Below, piece by piece: positions 31,393-42,331 of a DNA stretch of 64,000 nt. How positions within the stretch are numbered: the stretch's first letter is position 1; every line of letters starts with the position of its first letter. Source of the stretch: an uncultured delta proteobacterium (GTDB taxonomy: Bacteria > Desulfobacterota > Binatia > UBA9968); contig CAVUVW010000011.1 of the NCBI GenBank assembly GCA_963745035.1, forward strand, positions 64,001-128,000. Reading direction: 5' to 3'. The notes under the pieces were generated by a model. It did not search any database. It had not been told where the DNA came from and worked only from the letters and a program-made list of their open reading frames with translations. The position numbers and the translations under genes were made by a program.

Positions 31393-32236
31393 TCAAATCG
31401 CCTGGTTTGCGCCGTGCTTTTTTACCCAGTCTAAAATTACCGCATTGGTTTCTTCCGGCGCCTGCCAGAAAAAGCCGTGCGACTGGCCTTTGAGAATCTT
31501 CATCTCCGCGCCGGGAATGCGCTCGACGAGCACCTTCGATTGCGCGATATGATTGCTGCCGATCGTGTCGCGCTTCGCCGATAAGAATCAGAGTCGGCGC
31601 CTTAACGTCGCCCAGGCGGTGCGTGCCCTCGAAATTGTGCCGCGCCATACAGAGGTGGATGAACTCCGGAAGCTTGGAGTGGGTGGCCCAGGCAAGCTTG
31701 AAAAACTCTTCGACCTTGTCGCGGTTCTTGTCGCGATAGTCTTTGGTAAAGAACGTATCGGATTCGACGATCTCATCGTAGATAAATTTCTCGAAGCCCA
31801 TCTCGACCATGTCCAGGACCAGCCGATGCGGCAAACCGGGAATGCAATCCGAGCCGGGCCGGGCCGCCGGTCCCGAGCCGCTGGCCGCCATGATCAAGCT
31901 CTTCACCCGTCCGGGAAAGTTCTGCGCGAGCGAAAGCGCGATGCGTCCGCCCATCGAGTGGCCGATCAAATGCGCCGACGCCAGTTTCAAGTGATCCATC
32001 AACGCGACGATATCCAGCGCCATTTGCTCGATCGTATAAACTTGCTGCTCCGCTACCGATCGGCCGCACCCGCGCGGATCATGAAAAACGATGTTCAAAG
32101 AATTCGCCAGCGGCATCTGAGACGGCTTCCAGACTTCGCCGGAATAGGCGGTCGAAGGAACGAAAATTAGAGGTTCACCGCTGCCGTGAGTTTCGTAATA
32201 AAGATCGACGCCGGTCGGTAGTTTGATATTGGGCAT
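31393..32236 (-). CDS. Alpha/beta hydrolase (frameshift near 31572)
   Basis: DPRGCGRS and GHSMGG; corrected C-terminus ...GQSHGFFWQAPEETNAVILDWVKKHGANQAI*. Confidence 0.85.
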
Positions 32237-32271
32237 AGATCAACGCCTCATGTTCGGAATCAGAGATTCTG

Positions 32272-32387
32272 GAGAAAGATTCTCCCGGAGTTTATCCTGA
32301 GCCTTGCCGAAGGAATCGAAATGACACGCGAGTGCTTGTTTTCGCTTTGTCCCATTGTGTCATCTCGAATGAAATGAGAGATCTTTC
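32272..32387. repeat. Palindromic REP-like element (AGATTTCTC...AATGACA / TGTCAT...AGATCT family) with a nested CCTGAGC...CGAAGG unit
   Basis: Same core as 34592-34670 and 57022-57100. Confidence 0.75.
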
Positions 32388-32397
32388 CGATAACTGC

Positions 32398-33381
32398 TTA
32401 CTTCGGAAGCCCCGCTTTATAGAAGCCTTCCTTTTCCAACTGACTGACAAAGCGCGTGTCAAGAAAATCTTCCGGTTTTGCCGTCTTGGCTTTTGGTTCA
32501 GTCGGCAACAATTCGGCAATGATCGTCTCCATTCCCTTCCGCGTAACGTACGGGACGTTCTCGATGTAGGCGCGGGCCTCGCCGTAAGTCGCTTCGAGAA
32601 TGTCCGGATCTTTGATGCGCGCATACTTTTGGATCGCCCGGATGCCGGCCGCCTTGTTGGCTTTGAGAAACAAAACTCCTTCGCTATAACCGCGAACGAA
32701 CCGCCGGGTCATCTCTTCGTTGGCTTTGATGAATGACCGCGTCGAGCCGATCGCCACTGAAACATAGTCCGGCCCGTCTTTGCTGAGGTCGATCAATTCG
32801 CTGAGCCCCGCTTTGCGCGCCCGGAAGTTAGTCGGCGGCGACAGCGCACCCGCATCGATCTGCCCGGCGGCGATCGCCGTAAAGATATTGGGCACGTCGA
32901 CCAACTGGAGCATTTGATACTCTTCCGGCTTGAGTCCGAACTTGTTCGCCACCCAGAGCGTCACGCTGTGGGTCGACGAGCCGATACGGGTGATGCCGAT
33001 CTTCTTGCCCCGAAGCTCGTTAAAGCTTTTGATTTCCGGCCGCGCCATAAAAGAGAACACCAAGCGGTTGGCGACGCCGGCGACGATGACGACATCCGCG
33101 CCCTTCAGTGCCGCAGTCACCGAGTTGCGTCCGTCCATGTAGGAGTAATTGAGCTCGCCGGCGAGCATCACCTGGATCGCCCGCGAGGTGGAAGGAATGT
33201 GGACCAGCTCAACTTCCAAACCGTTTTTTCGAAAGAGACCTTCTTCCTGGGCGACCCAAGTCCCGCTCATGTTGCTGGCAAATGAGGTCCACGCGACCCG
33301 CGCCTTCATCTGCGCCCAGGCGTGTGTTGCGCATAAGCTCATTAACACTATGACGGTGATCGGAAGGATTCTGCTCTTCAT
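32398..33381 (-). CDS. ABC-type substrate-binding protein, NMT1/THI5-like
   Basis: Signal peptide; GLFRKNGLEVEL and LRGKKIGITRIGS motifs. Confidence 0.87.
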   Translation of the reverse strand: MKSRILPITVIVLMSLCATHAWAQMKARVAWTSFASNMSGTWVAQEEGLFRKNGLEVELVHIPSTSRAIQVMLAGELNYSYMDGRNSVTAALKGADVVIVAGVANRLVFSFMARPEIKSFNELRGKKIGITRIGSSTHSVTLWVANKFGLKPEEYQMLQLVDVPNIFTAIAAGQIDAGALSPPTNFRARKAGLSELIDLSKDGPDYVSVAIGSTRSFIKANEEMTRRFVRGYSEGVLFLKANKAAGIRAIQKYARIKDPDILEATYGEARAYIENVPYVTRKGMETIIAELLPTEPKAKTAKPEDFLDTRFVSQLEKEGFYKAGLPK

Positions 33382-33548
33382 TCCTGTCTCGATTGTTGAA
33401 TTGTCTGTCTACGGAGCTGGCCGCTCAATATCACAGTTTTTACGGCAGAGTCGAGAACAGCACGCGGCCGCTTGCGTGATGGCCGAACCCTGTCATAGAG
33501 TCGCCCGTCGAGAATCCGGCCCGGCCGTTCGCATTGGGAGGATAGATT

Positions 33549-34529
33549 ATGAAGCGCAAGTCGCTGTTGGCGATATTGTTCTCAATCCTTTGCGCGTCCC
33601 CCGCATTTGCCGCCGATCGGTTGCGCATTGCTTACAGCTCGATCAGCGCCGCTTACGCCGGCATCTGGGTCGCTCACGACGCAGGCTTATTCGCCAAAGA
33701 AGGATTGGAAGACCAGATCATCTTTATTGCCAGCGCCACGCAGCTTGCCCAGGTGCTGGTCGCCGGAGATGTCGATATCGCGTCCCTCGGCGGCGGTCCG
33801 GTGATGGCCGCTTCGTTGAGCGGCGCGGAACTCAAAGTCATCGGCAACAACGTCAACAAGCTCATCTTCTCGATCCATGCCAAACCCGAGATCAAGAGCC
33901 TCGAAGAGCTGCGCGGCAAACGCATCGCGGTCAGCCGCTTCGGCTCGAGCGCCGACATCGCCGCGCGCACGGCGCTGAGAAAATACAAGATGGATGCCGC
34001 GAAGGACGTGAATCTCATGCAGTTGGGCACCATGTCGAACATGTTCGGCGCACTCAAGTCCGGCGCCGTGGAGGCTTCCGTGGTATCGCCGCCTACGCAG
34101 TTTCTCTCCGAGAAGATGGGCTTTAAAGAGATCGTCAACATCACGGAAATGGATCTCGCCTATCCGAACCCCTCCATGGCGGTGTCCGGAGACTTGATTC
34201 GTAAGAAGCCCGACTTGATCGACCGATTCATGCGCGCTTATGTCCGCGCTATGCATCGCGCGAAAACAGATAGAGAATTCACGATCAAGACTCTGGCGAA
34301 ATATACCACGATCACGGATACGGCGATTTTGGCCAAAGCCTATGATTTTTACATGGGCAAGGTTCTGGAACCCGCTCCTTATATCAACATGCAAGGCATG
34401 CAGAACGCTCTCGATGATGTGGCGCGAACCGTTCCCGCCGCGAAGAACGCCAAGCCCGAGCAATTCGTCGACCTGCGATTTCTAGACCGGTTGGAAAAAA
34501 GCGGTTTATTGAAGGAACTGTACAGGTAG
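33549..34529 (+). CDS. ABC-type substrate-binding protein, NMT1/THI5-like
   Basis: Signal peptide; GLFAKEGL and LRGKRIAVSRFGS motifs. Confidence 0.87.
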   Translation: MKRKSLLAILFSILCASPAFAADRLRIAYSSISAAYAGIWVAHDAGLFAKEGLEDQIIFIASATQLAQVLVAGDVDIASLGGGPVMAASLSGAELKVIGNNVNKLIFSIHAKPEIKSLEELRGKRIAVSRFGSSADIAARTALRKYKMDAAKDVNLMQLGTMSNMFGALKSGAVEASVVSPPTQFLSEKMGFKEIVNITEMDLAYPNPSMAVSGDLIRKKPDLIDRFMRAYVRAMHRAKTDREFTIKTLAKYTTITDTAILAKAYDFYMGKVLEPAPYINMQGMQNALDDVARTVPAAKNAKPEQFVDLRFLDRLEKSGLLKELYR

Positions 34530-34536
34530 GGACAGT

Positions 34537-34711
34537 TCACCACGAAGTGAGTCATGGGCTTACGCCCCCCGGCAGATGATGAAAACGCGTGGGGAAAGAT
34601 TCCTCACATCTGTTCGGAATGACAACAAAAGCGGCCGCCTGTCATTTGGAACGAAGTGAGGAATCTTTCTCTACCTACATTTTTCGAAGCAGCACACGAA
34701 GTTCACGAAGG
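34537..34711. repeat. About 175-bp composite intergenic repeat, copy 1
   Basis: Colinear with 56968-57144 (tcaccacg...tcatg...gaaagatt...aatgaca...tgtcatt...aatctttctctacct...cacgaa). Confidence 0.8.
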
Positions 34712-34804
34712 CTCGTTCTCTTTTTATGCCTTCCCCCTCGACGGGGGACGGCTAGGATAGGGGTGATCTTTCGCGAGACCCGAAACTCGAGACTCGAGAC
34801 CGAT

Positions 34805-35803
34805 TTAATTCGGCAGCCAGCAAACCGCCGCGATCTCGCTCAGCTCTCTTCTCAGTTTCGTCCATGAAGCCCCGGCATCGTCGCTGCGATAGAGATAGCC
34901 GTACCGGCTTGCCGCGAACATGACATTCGGATCATCCGAATTGGTGCCGAACGTCCACATCGTCGAGTTCGGCTCGACCGGCAGCGGCAGCAGTCTCCAA
35001 CTCCGGCAGAAGTCCTCGCTCTGCGCGATTGCGCCCGAAGTTCCCGGCGTAAAGTCACCGAAGCTGAGAAAGATTCTCTTCGAGTTGGCCGGATCCACCG
35101 CGATACCGCGCAGATAATTTTCTTTTCGCGGGTACTCCCAGGGCAAACACTTTTGCATGTCGCGCGGCTCCCAGCTCTGGCCGTTATCAGTGCTCGCATA
35201 AATCTCGCGATTGGCCATGATGAAAACTGTTTTCGGCGGTCCAGCCGTCACGGCAACGTTGTGGATGTCGCGGCGACCCGTCACGTCCACAATTTCCCAG
35301 GTATCGCCGCCATCGCTGCTGTGACGCGCGCCGTCCACCTCGAGTCCGGCCCAGACATGATTAGGCTCAATCGGATCGACGGCAATGCCGGTAAATCGTG
35401 GCGTGCCGACCGCCTCGCATTCCGTGGCCACTTCCACCGGCCGCTTGTCCCAACTCCGGCCGCTGTCCTTGGAACGAAACAGCATCGCCGGCGTCGGCGT
35501 GCCGGTGCCGACGAACATATTGTCCGGATTCGCCGGATCGATGCCGATTGTCCAGATATAATGAGGATTGAGCGCCGAGTCGAGATACTTCCAGTTCGCT
35601 CCCGCATCCTCGCTGCGATAGAGACCTCTTTCCGTGCCCGCAAAAAGAATATTGTGCTGCTTTGGATGCATTGCGATGCAGCGCACGGAGGCTTCATACG
35701 CAAAGCCGCGCCGCGGACCGATGCGCGCCCAGGTCTGACCGTTGTCTTCGCTGCGCATAATGCTCTGGCCGATCGTGCCGACAACAATCGTTACATCTTT
35801 CAT
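34805..35803 (-). CDS. BNR/Asp-box beta-propeller protein (Ycf48 / sialidase-like fold)
   Basis: Repeated SxDxGxxW Asp boxes (SEDNGQTW, SEDAGANW, SKDSGRSW, SSDGGDTW, STDNGQSW, SDDAGASW). Confidence 0.85.
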   Translation of the reverse strand: MKDVTIVVGTIGQSIMRSEDNGQTWARIGPRRGFAYEASVRCIAMHPKQHNILFAGTERGLYRSEDAGANWKYLDSALNPHYIWTIGIDPANPDNMFVGTGTPTPAMLFRSKDSGRSWDKRPVEVATECEAVGTPRFTGIAVDPIEPNHVWAGLEVDGARHSSDGGDTWEIVDVTGRRDIHNVAVTAGPPKTVFIMANREIYASTDNGQSWEPRDMQKCLPWEYPRKENYLRGIAVDPANSKRIFLSFGDFTPGTSGAIAQSEDFCRSWRLLPLPVEPNSTMWTFGTNSDDPNVMFAASRYGYLYRSDDAGASWTKLRRELSEIAAVCWLPN

Positions 35804-35876
35804 GGCTCCCTCCGACGGTTTGAACGTTTTGGCCGTTTAACGTGCTCGAATCTTACTCACGCCTCACGCCTAACGC

Positions 35877-36858
35877 CTAAATGTTGACCCGATGCATATC
35901 CCGGCTGCGCGGCCCCGCCACGGCTTCCGGCCGCAAGATCGCATCGAGGCGGGCCAAATCTTCCTTGCGACAACTTGATCTCCGCCGCCTTGATATTTTC
36001 TTCGAGGTGAGAGCGCGTCTTGTTGCTGGGTATCGGAATAACGTCGTTCCCCTGCGCCATCAACCAGGCGAGAGTCAACTGCGCCGGCGTGACGCCTTTT
36101 TCTTTCGCCACCGCCTCGAACTCAGCGAGCATTTTTAGGTTTCGTTCGAGGTTGCCGGGTTGGAAGCGCGGATGATTGTTCCGCCCATCGCCCTCGCTCA
36201 TATCGTTCTGCCCATGCACCACGCCGGCAAAAAATCCGCGCCCCAGCGGCGAATAGGCCATGAAGCCCATGTTGAATTCCCGGCACGCCTGGATGTTGCC
36301 GCCTTCCGGGTCGCGTGACCATGGCGAATACTCCATCTGCAAGGACGCGATCGGATGAACCTTGCGCGCGCGGCGGATCGAGTTCGCGCTGGCTTCCGAG
36401 AGGCCGATGTACCGAGTGAGGCCGCGCTCGACCAACCGCGCCATGGCGCCGACTGACTCTTCCACCGGGATATCGGGATCGACGCGCGACATGCAAAACA
36501 CGTCGAGGGCGTCTACACCGAGCCGCTTCACGCTCTGCTCGCAGTTTTGGGTTAAATATTCCGGCGTACTGCCGCTGCGATTGCCGCTCGCGTCCGGCGC
36601 CCGCGGGCTGCCGGACTTGGAGTGAATCACGATGCGCTCGCGCCGCCCTCTCAGCGCCTTGTTGATCAGCTCATGATTATGCCCGCTGCCGTAGCTCGCC
36701 GAAGTGTCGATGAAGTTGATGCCGAGATCGAAGGCGCGGTGCAAAGTCGCGATCGACTCATTGTCGTCCGCCGGCCCGTACGCTCCCGACATGCTCATGC
36801 AGCCGAGCGCTAAATGGGAAACTTTAAATTCCGTCGTGCCGAACTGAACGTATTCCAT
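35877..36858 (-). CDS. Aldo/keto reductase (frameshift near 35965)
   Basis: LGCMSMS, IDTSASYG, IGLSE and AYSPLGRG motifs. Confidence 0.88.
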
Positions 36859-37058
36859 CTTACCTCCGTTATGTTTTCGACAGTTACTCCAGTTGCGCGA
36901 ACCAAGTCAACCTCAGCGGCAGGCCAGTTCTCGATCGGCACCACGCCCTTCTTTTTTCTGCAGCGAGTCAAATGAAGGCACACCTCAAGCAATATGATTC
37001 CTTTGAACGAACGCTCGTGAATGAATTCTCCTCTTTGAAGAAGAGGGGCAGGGGAGAT

Positions 37059-38138
37059 TTAGAACGTTCTGACTATCGGCATGACTGCCTCTGCGAAGAG
37101 CCGCATCGAATTCAGCGCCGCGTCCTGCGGGAGAGTGCCCGAGGCGATGTTCAGCATGAGCTGCTCGGGATGCAACGCCGCCATGTAAAATCTGATCTTC
37201 TCGATGCAGTCCTCCGGTGTGCCCCAGACTGCCATGATATCGGTCCCTTCCTTTAATACGGCTTGCCGCGCCTTTTCCGGCGTGGATAATTTTTCGAACG
37301 CCATTCGCGACGCGCTCTTGGTCGCATAGGCTTCTTTCACTCCGCTCAGGTTCGGCCGGCTCTGGCTCGAGCGCAAGAACACGTCGGCCTGGGTGGCTAG
37401 GGCGAGCGCGCCGTTCTCGATCGCTTCTTCGCGATCGCGCGCCACGTGCAGATGAATCCCTAGAACCACCTCGCCGCTGATGCCGGATGGAAGATTTTGT
37501 CGATACGTGTCGGTCAGCCCGCGCACCAAGTCGAAAGGAATTCCCAGGTAGCCTGGCTGCACGAGCCCATGGCCGATCCTACCGGCAAAAATCGCGCTGT
37601 CAGGAGTCGTCGCCGCGGCAGTGTAAATCGGCGGATGCGGCTGCTGCGCCGGCGTGGGGCTGAGTTTGAAATCTTTGATTTGCCAGAATTTACCGTCGAG
37701 CTGTTCGATGTAATCGCCTTTGAAAATCTCGACGAGCATGCGGATGCTTTCCTCGAACCGCGCCGTGCTTTCGCCGGGATTGACGCCTATTCGATTCAAC
37801 ACCCACGGATGCCCGCGGCCGATGCCCACCATGATCCGTCCATTGGTGAGCAGATCAGCGGCGGCGATCTCGCTCGCCAGTATCGCTGGATGATGCGCCG
37901 GCGCGCTGATAATTCCGGTCAGAAAGCGAATGCGCTCGGCGCGCTGCGCCGCCGCGACGTAAAGACCTAACGGAAAGGGCGAGCAAGAGAACAAATCCTT
38001 GCCGTAGCTCTCCGTCGTCGAGAAAAAGTCGAAACCCAATTCGTCGGCAACGGCGATTTGCTCCAGCACTTCCGCGTACGTCTGCTGCTCCGACTTTTCA
38101 GGATACGAAAACTCTGTGAATAATCCGACTTTCATCAC
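37059..38138 (-). CDS. LLM class flavin-dependent oxidoreductase (luciferase-like)
   Basis: ADELGFD, GIGRG, PAQQPHPPI, GTPEDC and SMRLFAEAVMP motifs. Confidence 0.88.
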   Translation of the reverse strand: MMKVGLFTEFSYPEKSEQQTYAEVLEQIAVADELGFDFFSTTESYGKDLFSCSPFPLGLYVAAAQRAERIRFLTGIISAPAHHPAILASEIAAADLLTNGRIMVGIGRGHPWVLNRIGVNPGESTARFEESIRMLVEIFKGDYIEQLDGKFWQIKDFKLSPTPAQQPHPPIYTAAATTPDSAIFAGRIGHGLVQPGYLGIPFDLVRGLTDTYRQNLPSGISGEVVLGIHLHVARDREEAIENGALALATQADVFLRSSQSRPNLSGVKEAYATKSASRMAFEKLSTPEKARQAVLKEGTDIMAVWGTPEDCIEKIRFYMAALHPEQLMLNIASGTLPQDAALNSMRLFAEAVMPIVRTF

Positions 38139-38165
38139 GTTCCAACTTAATTTTTGAACTGACTT

Positions 38166-39115
38166 CTAATCGCCGATCACCATCGTCGTCCCGACACTGT
38201 TGGGAATGAATGCCGCAGGAAATTCGCTGGGCGATCAGATGCGTCGCTTTCCAACCGGTGCAGTGCTGCGGCACGATCACCCTCGGACTGAATTGCTGAA
38301 GCGCCTGAATGGTCGGTGCGATGATCGACTCGAATGTCGGACCGGTCAGATGAAAGCCGCCGATCACGGCATGAATTTGATCGACCCCGGTAAGCTCGCG
38401 CGCGCACTTCAAGGTGTTGACCACACCCGCGTGGCCGCAGCCGGTGAGCACGACCAGTCCTTTGTTCTTGACGTTCAAAACGATCGCCTGATCGTCGTGA
38501 ATCCAGGGATCGGGCTGCCACTTGCCGTCGATCCAAGCGACCTGCGCCGGGCTGCCTTTTTCGAAGGGCGTCGTGCGCGGGATTTGGCCGGTCACCAGCG
38601 CGCGCCCGCCGATGACCATGGTCGGGACCGCGCTCCTCTATGATTTCGACGTCTTCCGCTTCGAGATCGCGCTTGCTCGGCGGAATGTGTTCCGACTCGT
38701 GCCCATCGGGCTGCACGTTTTTGCGCTTGAGATAGGCGTCGGGATGGAGCACGATCGGGACTCTGGGCCGGCCGTAGCGTTTGATGAAACCGATCAATCC
38801 GCGCGTGTGATCCGTGTGGCCGTGACTCAAAACCACCGCGTGCAATTCGTTGCCTTTGATTTCAAGCACATCCATGTTGTGCAGCACGCCGTCGAGAGTC
38901 ACGCCCGTGTCGAACAAGAAGGAATCCTTGTTGCCGCCCTCATAGGTTGTCACCAGCATCGAGACACCGTGCTCGGCGCGTAGCTGCGGTTTGGCGAGCG
39001 CGTCGCGCTCGCGCTTGGCTCGTTTTGCGACCGCGGTGCTGCCCATCAAAACGTCAATGGAATTATCCATGACACTGAGTATCTCGACGCGATCAACACT
39101 CTTCAGCGCAATCAA
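38166..39115 (-). CDS. MBL-fold metallo-hydrolase (two frameshifts)
   Basis: AEHGVS, FDTG, SHGHTDH, TGCGHAG, GGFHL and PQHCTG motifs. Confidence 0.85.
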
Positions 39116-39124
39116 AGCAAACTC

Positions 39125-39924
39125 CTATTTGACCTCGTGAGCGACCGGCTTCTTCAACATCCAGTTGACGATCTGCTCGACGGTGTCCGACTCCTTCCCC
39201 AGAAAGCCATGCTGGCTGAAAGCATCGCACGGCCCGGACTGCGGCGAAGGTCCGCCGAAAACCGTAATCAAGGGAAATTTATCGGCCAGGCGCGCCGCCT
39301 CTGCGTACGGCGTCGATTCGCACTGGTCGCTCACATGATGGACGAAAAGCAGCGGCGCCTTGATCGTCGCGAAATCGAATTTGCTGAGGCCTGGTCCTGG
39401 CTCTTTCGAATTTTTCGGGCTCCGCCGAAACATTGTCGCGGTGAGGACCGCCCCGGCAATTTCTCCCTCGGCAAAGCCCGCGCCGAGGGCGGCGGCGGAA
39501 ATACTGCCGCGGCTGGTGCCGACAAAAACAGCGGCACCCCGGCAACTCTCTTCCGAAGATCACGAACAACGGCCGAGATGTCGGTAAAGTGATCGGTACC
39601 CAGGCGAAACTCGTCGCCCATGCCCCAGCCGCCTTGCTGGTCCGACGGCGCGTCTAAAATGGCGGCAACGACACCGCGCTTGATGAACTCAGACCGGCTC
39701 CGCACAAGAAAATTGCCCTGATTGAATCTGGGCTTGCCATTTTCGTTCCGTAGGTGGATCAGACCGCCGGAGCCGGGAAACAGCAGCGCCACCGCCTGGA
39801 GATTTTTCGGGATGCTCGTCAGAAAATAGGATTGCGTCACGCCGGCTCGCGTCGGCAGCGTGACGATCTCCTGCTGCGCGAGCCCTGTAGCGGCGTCATG
39901 CAGCAGCCACAACAGCGCGAGCAC
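39125..39924 (-). CDS. Exported alpha/beta hydrolase-fold protein (frameshifts near 39520-39550)
   Basis: LLFPGSGG and NFLVRSR; GTSRG in the shifted frame; VHHVSD and HGFLG; start uncertain. Confidence 0.72.
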
Positions 39925-39980
39925 CAGCGATGTCTTTGCCGCAACCAGGATCCTTTTGAGACAATTCAGATGAATCTCTG

Positions 39981-40889
39981 TTATTTCTTCACCGACCTGT
40001 AAGCCGCGTCGATATTGGCTTCCAGGCGATTCTGGTCATGCCAGTCGGCGTACTCCGGCATCTTCAGTTCCTTTTTGATCTCGGCGAGAGACTTGCCCTG
40101 GGCCGCCATTGCGCCCACGCGCTTGAGGAGCAGCGTGTAGAAGCCCTCGTATTCGTCGAAGACTTTCGTCGTCGTCGGAGGGCCGTGGCCGGTAATCACA
40201 ATTTCTGGATTCAATGACTTCATCAACTTGTAGCTCGCGAGCACGTCGGGAATCACGACCGAAGGACGAAGATTGAGGAACCTTCTTACATTGGCCGCCG
40301 ATGACGCGAAAAGGACGCGCTCCTTGGGCAGCCAGATCGCCGTATCGGCGTCACTGTGAACGTTTTTCAGATAGATGAGTTCGAAAGTCCGCTCGCCGAG
40401 GTTGATTGTCATACGATCTTTATACTCGATATGCGGCGCGATCATCTTTTCTCCTTTCAGCGCGTCGCGCATTTCGGGAGATTTCGCCGCAAGGGTCGCG
40501 GCGCGCTTCGGACTGTATTCCTTTTTCATGCCAGCCCCGGCTCCCAGGTGATTGATGACCGTTGCCGGCGGCGAGAATATAAAATGATTGGCCGTATGAT
40601 CGCCGTGCGTCTCCGTGTCGATCAGAAACACAATAGGCTTGTCGGTAACTTTCTTTATCGCCGCCGCCATATTGCGGGAATCCACGGGGCTGTTGCAGCT
40701 ATCGATCATGACGACGCCTTCCTGAGTAACTATGAAGGCACAGGTTGTCGTGGTCGCGTCGGGTGCAAAAACGTAGATGCCGTCCTTGACCTTCGAAAAA
40801 CCGGGACCAAGCTCCGGTGCCTGCGCGACATGTCCCGCGCACGAGAGCGCGATAAGCGGCACAATGAACAAACCGAATTTGATTTTCAT
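39981..40889 (-). CDS. Exported MBL-fold protein (cyclase/glyoxalase II-like)
   Basis: AAGGAGG RBS; signal peptide with a lipobox-like ALSC; ETHGDH, VHSDAD and TGHG motifs. Confidence 0.82.
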   Translation of the reverse strand: MKIKFGLFIVPLIALSCAGHVAQAPELGPGFSKVKDGIYVFAPDATTTTCAFIVTQEGVVMIDSCNSPVDSRNMAAAIKKVTDKPIVFLIDTETHGDHTANHFIFSPPATVINHLGAGAGMKKEYSPKRAATLAAKSPEMRDALKGEKMIAPHIEYKDRMTINLGERTFELIYLKNVHSDADTAIWLPKERVLFASSAANVRRFLNLRPSVVIPDVLASYKLMKSLNPEIVITGHGPPTTTKVFDEYEGFYTLLLKRVGAMAAQGKSLAEIKKELKMPEYADWHDQNRLEANIDAAYRSVKK

Positions 40890-40924
40890 GGTCGCCTCCT
40901 TCAACGATACACTCGGACGGAGGG

Positions 40925-40954
40925 AAAGTAGTTTAATCACGGGTACGCCGTCAA
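40925..40954 (-). promoter_or_regulatory. Candidate sigma70 promoter for the MBL gene
   Basis: Minus strand TTGACG-N18-TACTTT. Confidence 0.4.
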
Positions 40955-41078
40955 GGGATTTATCACTACGGTGACAAGATGCCGAACCATTGACCAGCCT
41001 GATCGGTTTGTACTAAGAGGGCGTTGCGGAGATTGCATGGCCGAACTCGTTCGCTCGCAGAAACTTGGGAGGACAACC

Positions 41079-42107
41079 ATGAAGACACTGGCGTTGGCGG
41101 TCTCTTTCTTCCTTCTTGAGATTTTTGCCGTACAGGCTCAGACGCCATACTTTCAAGGAAAGACGATTCGAATCGTGACCGGCTATCCCGCCGGCGACGT
41201 GAACGATCTCTGGCCGCGGCTCATCGCCCAGCACATGACGAAGTATATTCCCGGCAACCCGACTTTCATCATCCAAAATATGCCGGGAGCCAGCTCGATG
41301 ATCGCCGCGAATTATGTGGCTACCGTCGCCAAGCCGGACGCCTTGACTCTCGGATGGATCGCTCCGACTCTCTATTTCGATCAGATCGTCGGACGCAAAG
41401 AGGTGCAATACGATTGGGGAAAGTACAGCTTTATCGGCTCGCCGTCGGAGAGCGAACACCAGCTTTATATGCGCACCGACAGCCCGTACAAAACCATCGA
41501 AGACATTCGCAAGGCAAGCGAGCCGCCCAAATGCGGCTCCGGCGGCGCCACCGGAACCGGCTTCTACTTTCCCAAGCTGCTGGAAGAAACGGTCGGGGCC
41601 AAGTTCAACATCGTGCTCGGTTATCAGGGCGGCGGCCCCATCGACCTTGCCGTCGAAAAGGGCGAGATCCACTGCCGCGCGATGACCATCGAGTCATTCT
41701 TCGCGCGCGAGCCGTTTCATACCTGGCGCAAGACCAACTTTGTCAAAAGCATCGTCCAATCGGCGCGCAAGCGCGACGCGCGTTTGCCGGACACGCCGAC
41801 GATCTACGAGCTCATGGATCAATACAAAACCGGAGAGCAGTCACGGAGGGTTGCCACCGTGATTCTCGCCGGCGGCGTCTTCGGCCGTCCGATGGTCGGA
41901 CCCGCTGGCATCGCTCCCGATCGGTTAAAAATCCTTCGCAGCGCTTTCGCCAGTGCGCTCAAAGATCCGGAGCTGAAGGCGGAAGCGGAGAAAAGAAACT
42001 ACGAAGTCGGACCGGTGGCGGGCGAAGAAATGGAAAAACTCGCCAAAGAAGTGATGGCGCAGCCGCCCGCGGTTATCGAGAGGATGAAAAAAATATTGGG
42101 CAACTAA
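41079..42107 (+). CDS. TctC/Bug family substrate-binding protein
   Basis: GGAGG RBS; YFQGKTIRIVTGYPAG, QNMPGASS and GYQGGG motifs. Confidence 0.87.
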   Translation: MKTLALAVSFFLLEIFAVQAQTPYFQGKTIRIVTGYPAGDVNDLWPRLIAQHMTKYIPGNPTFIIQNMPGASSMIAANYVATVAKPDALTLGWIAPTLYFDQIVGRKEVQYDWGKYSFIGSPSESEHQLYMRTDSPYKTIEDIRKASEPPKCGSGGATGTGFYFPKLLEETVGAKFNIVLGYQGGGPIDLAVEKGEIHCRAMTIESFFAREPFHTWRKTNFVKSIVQSARKRDARLPDTPTIYELMDQYKTGEQSRRVATVILAGGVFGRPMVGPAGIAPDRLKILRSAFASALKDPELKAEAEKRNYEVGPVAGEEMEKLAKEVMAQPPAVIERMKKILGN

Positions 42108-42331
42108 TCAGTTTCCAGAACTAGATCGATGATTCAGCGCCGGCTTCATTGCTTAGCGCAGCACTCATCATTAGCTCAGTAAAAACTTCGGTCGCTCTCG
42201 TCCGTCATTCCGCCCGAGCCGGAATCCAGATTGGCCGGTAGGGCGCCGTGCTCCTCACTGACAGTTTTAGGTGTAGCCCAACGAATCCGTTCTTCCGCAA
42301 AACGGAACGACTACCTACGCCTGGGTTGCGC

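Noticed and set aside
33149-34126. Long alternative-frame and antisense ORFs (also 47547-48566, 23538-24443, 61380-62294 and 9731-10537)
   Set aside because: These are shadows of well-supported genes in GC-rich DNA and have no motifs of their own.
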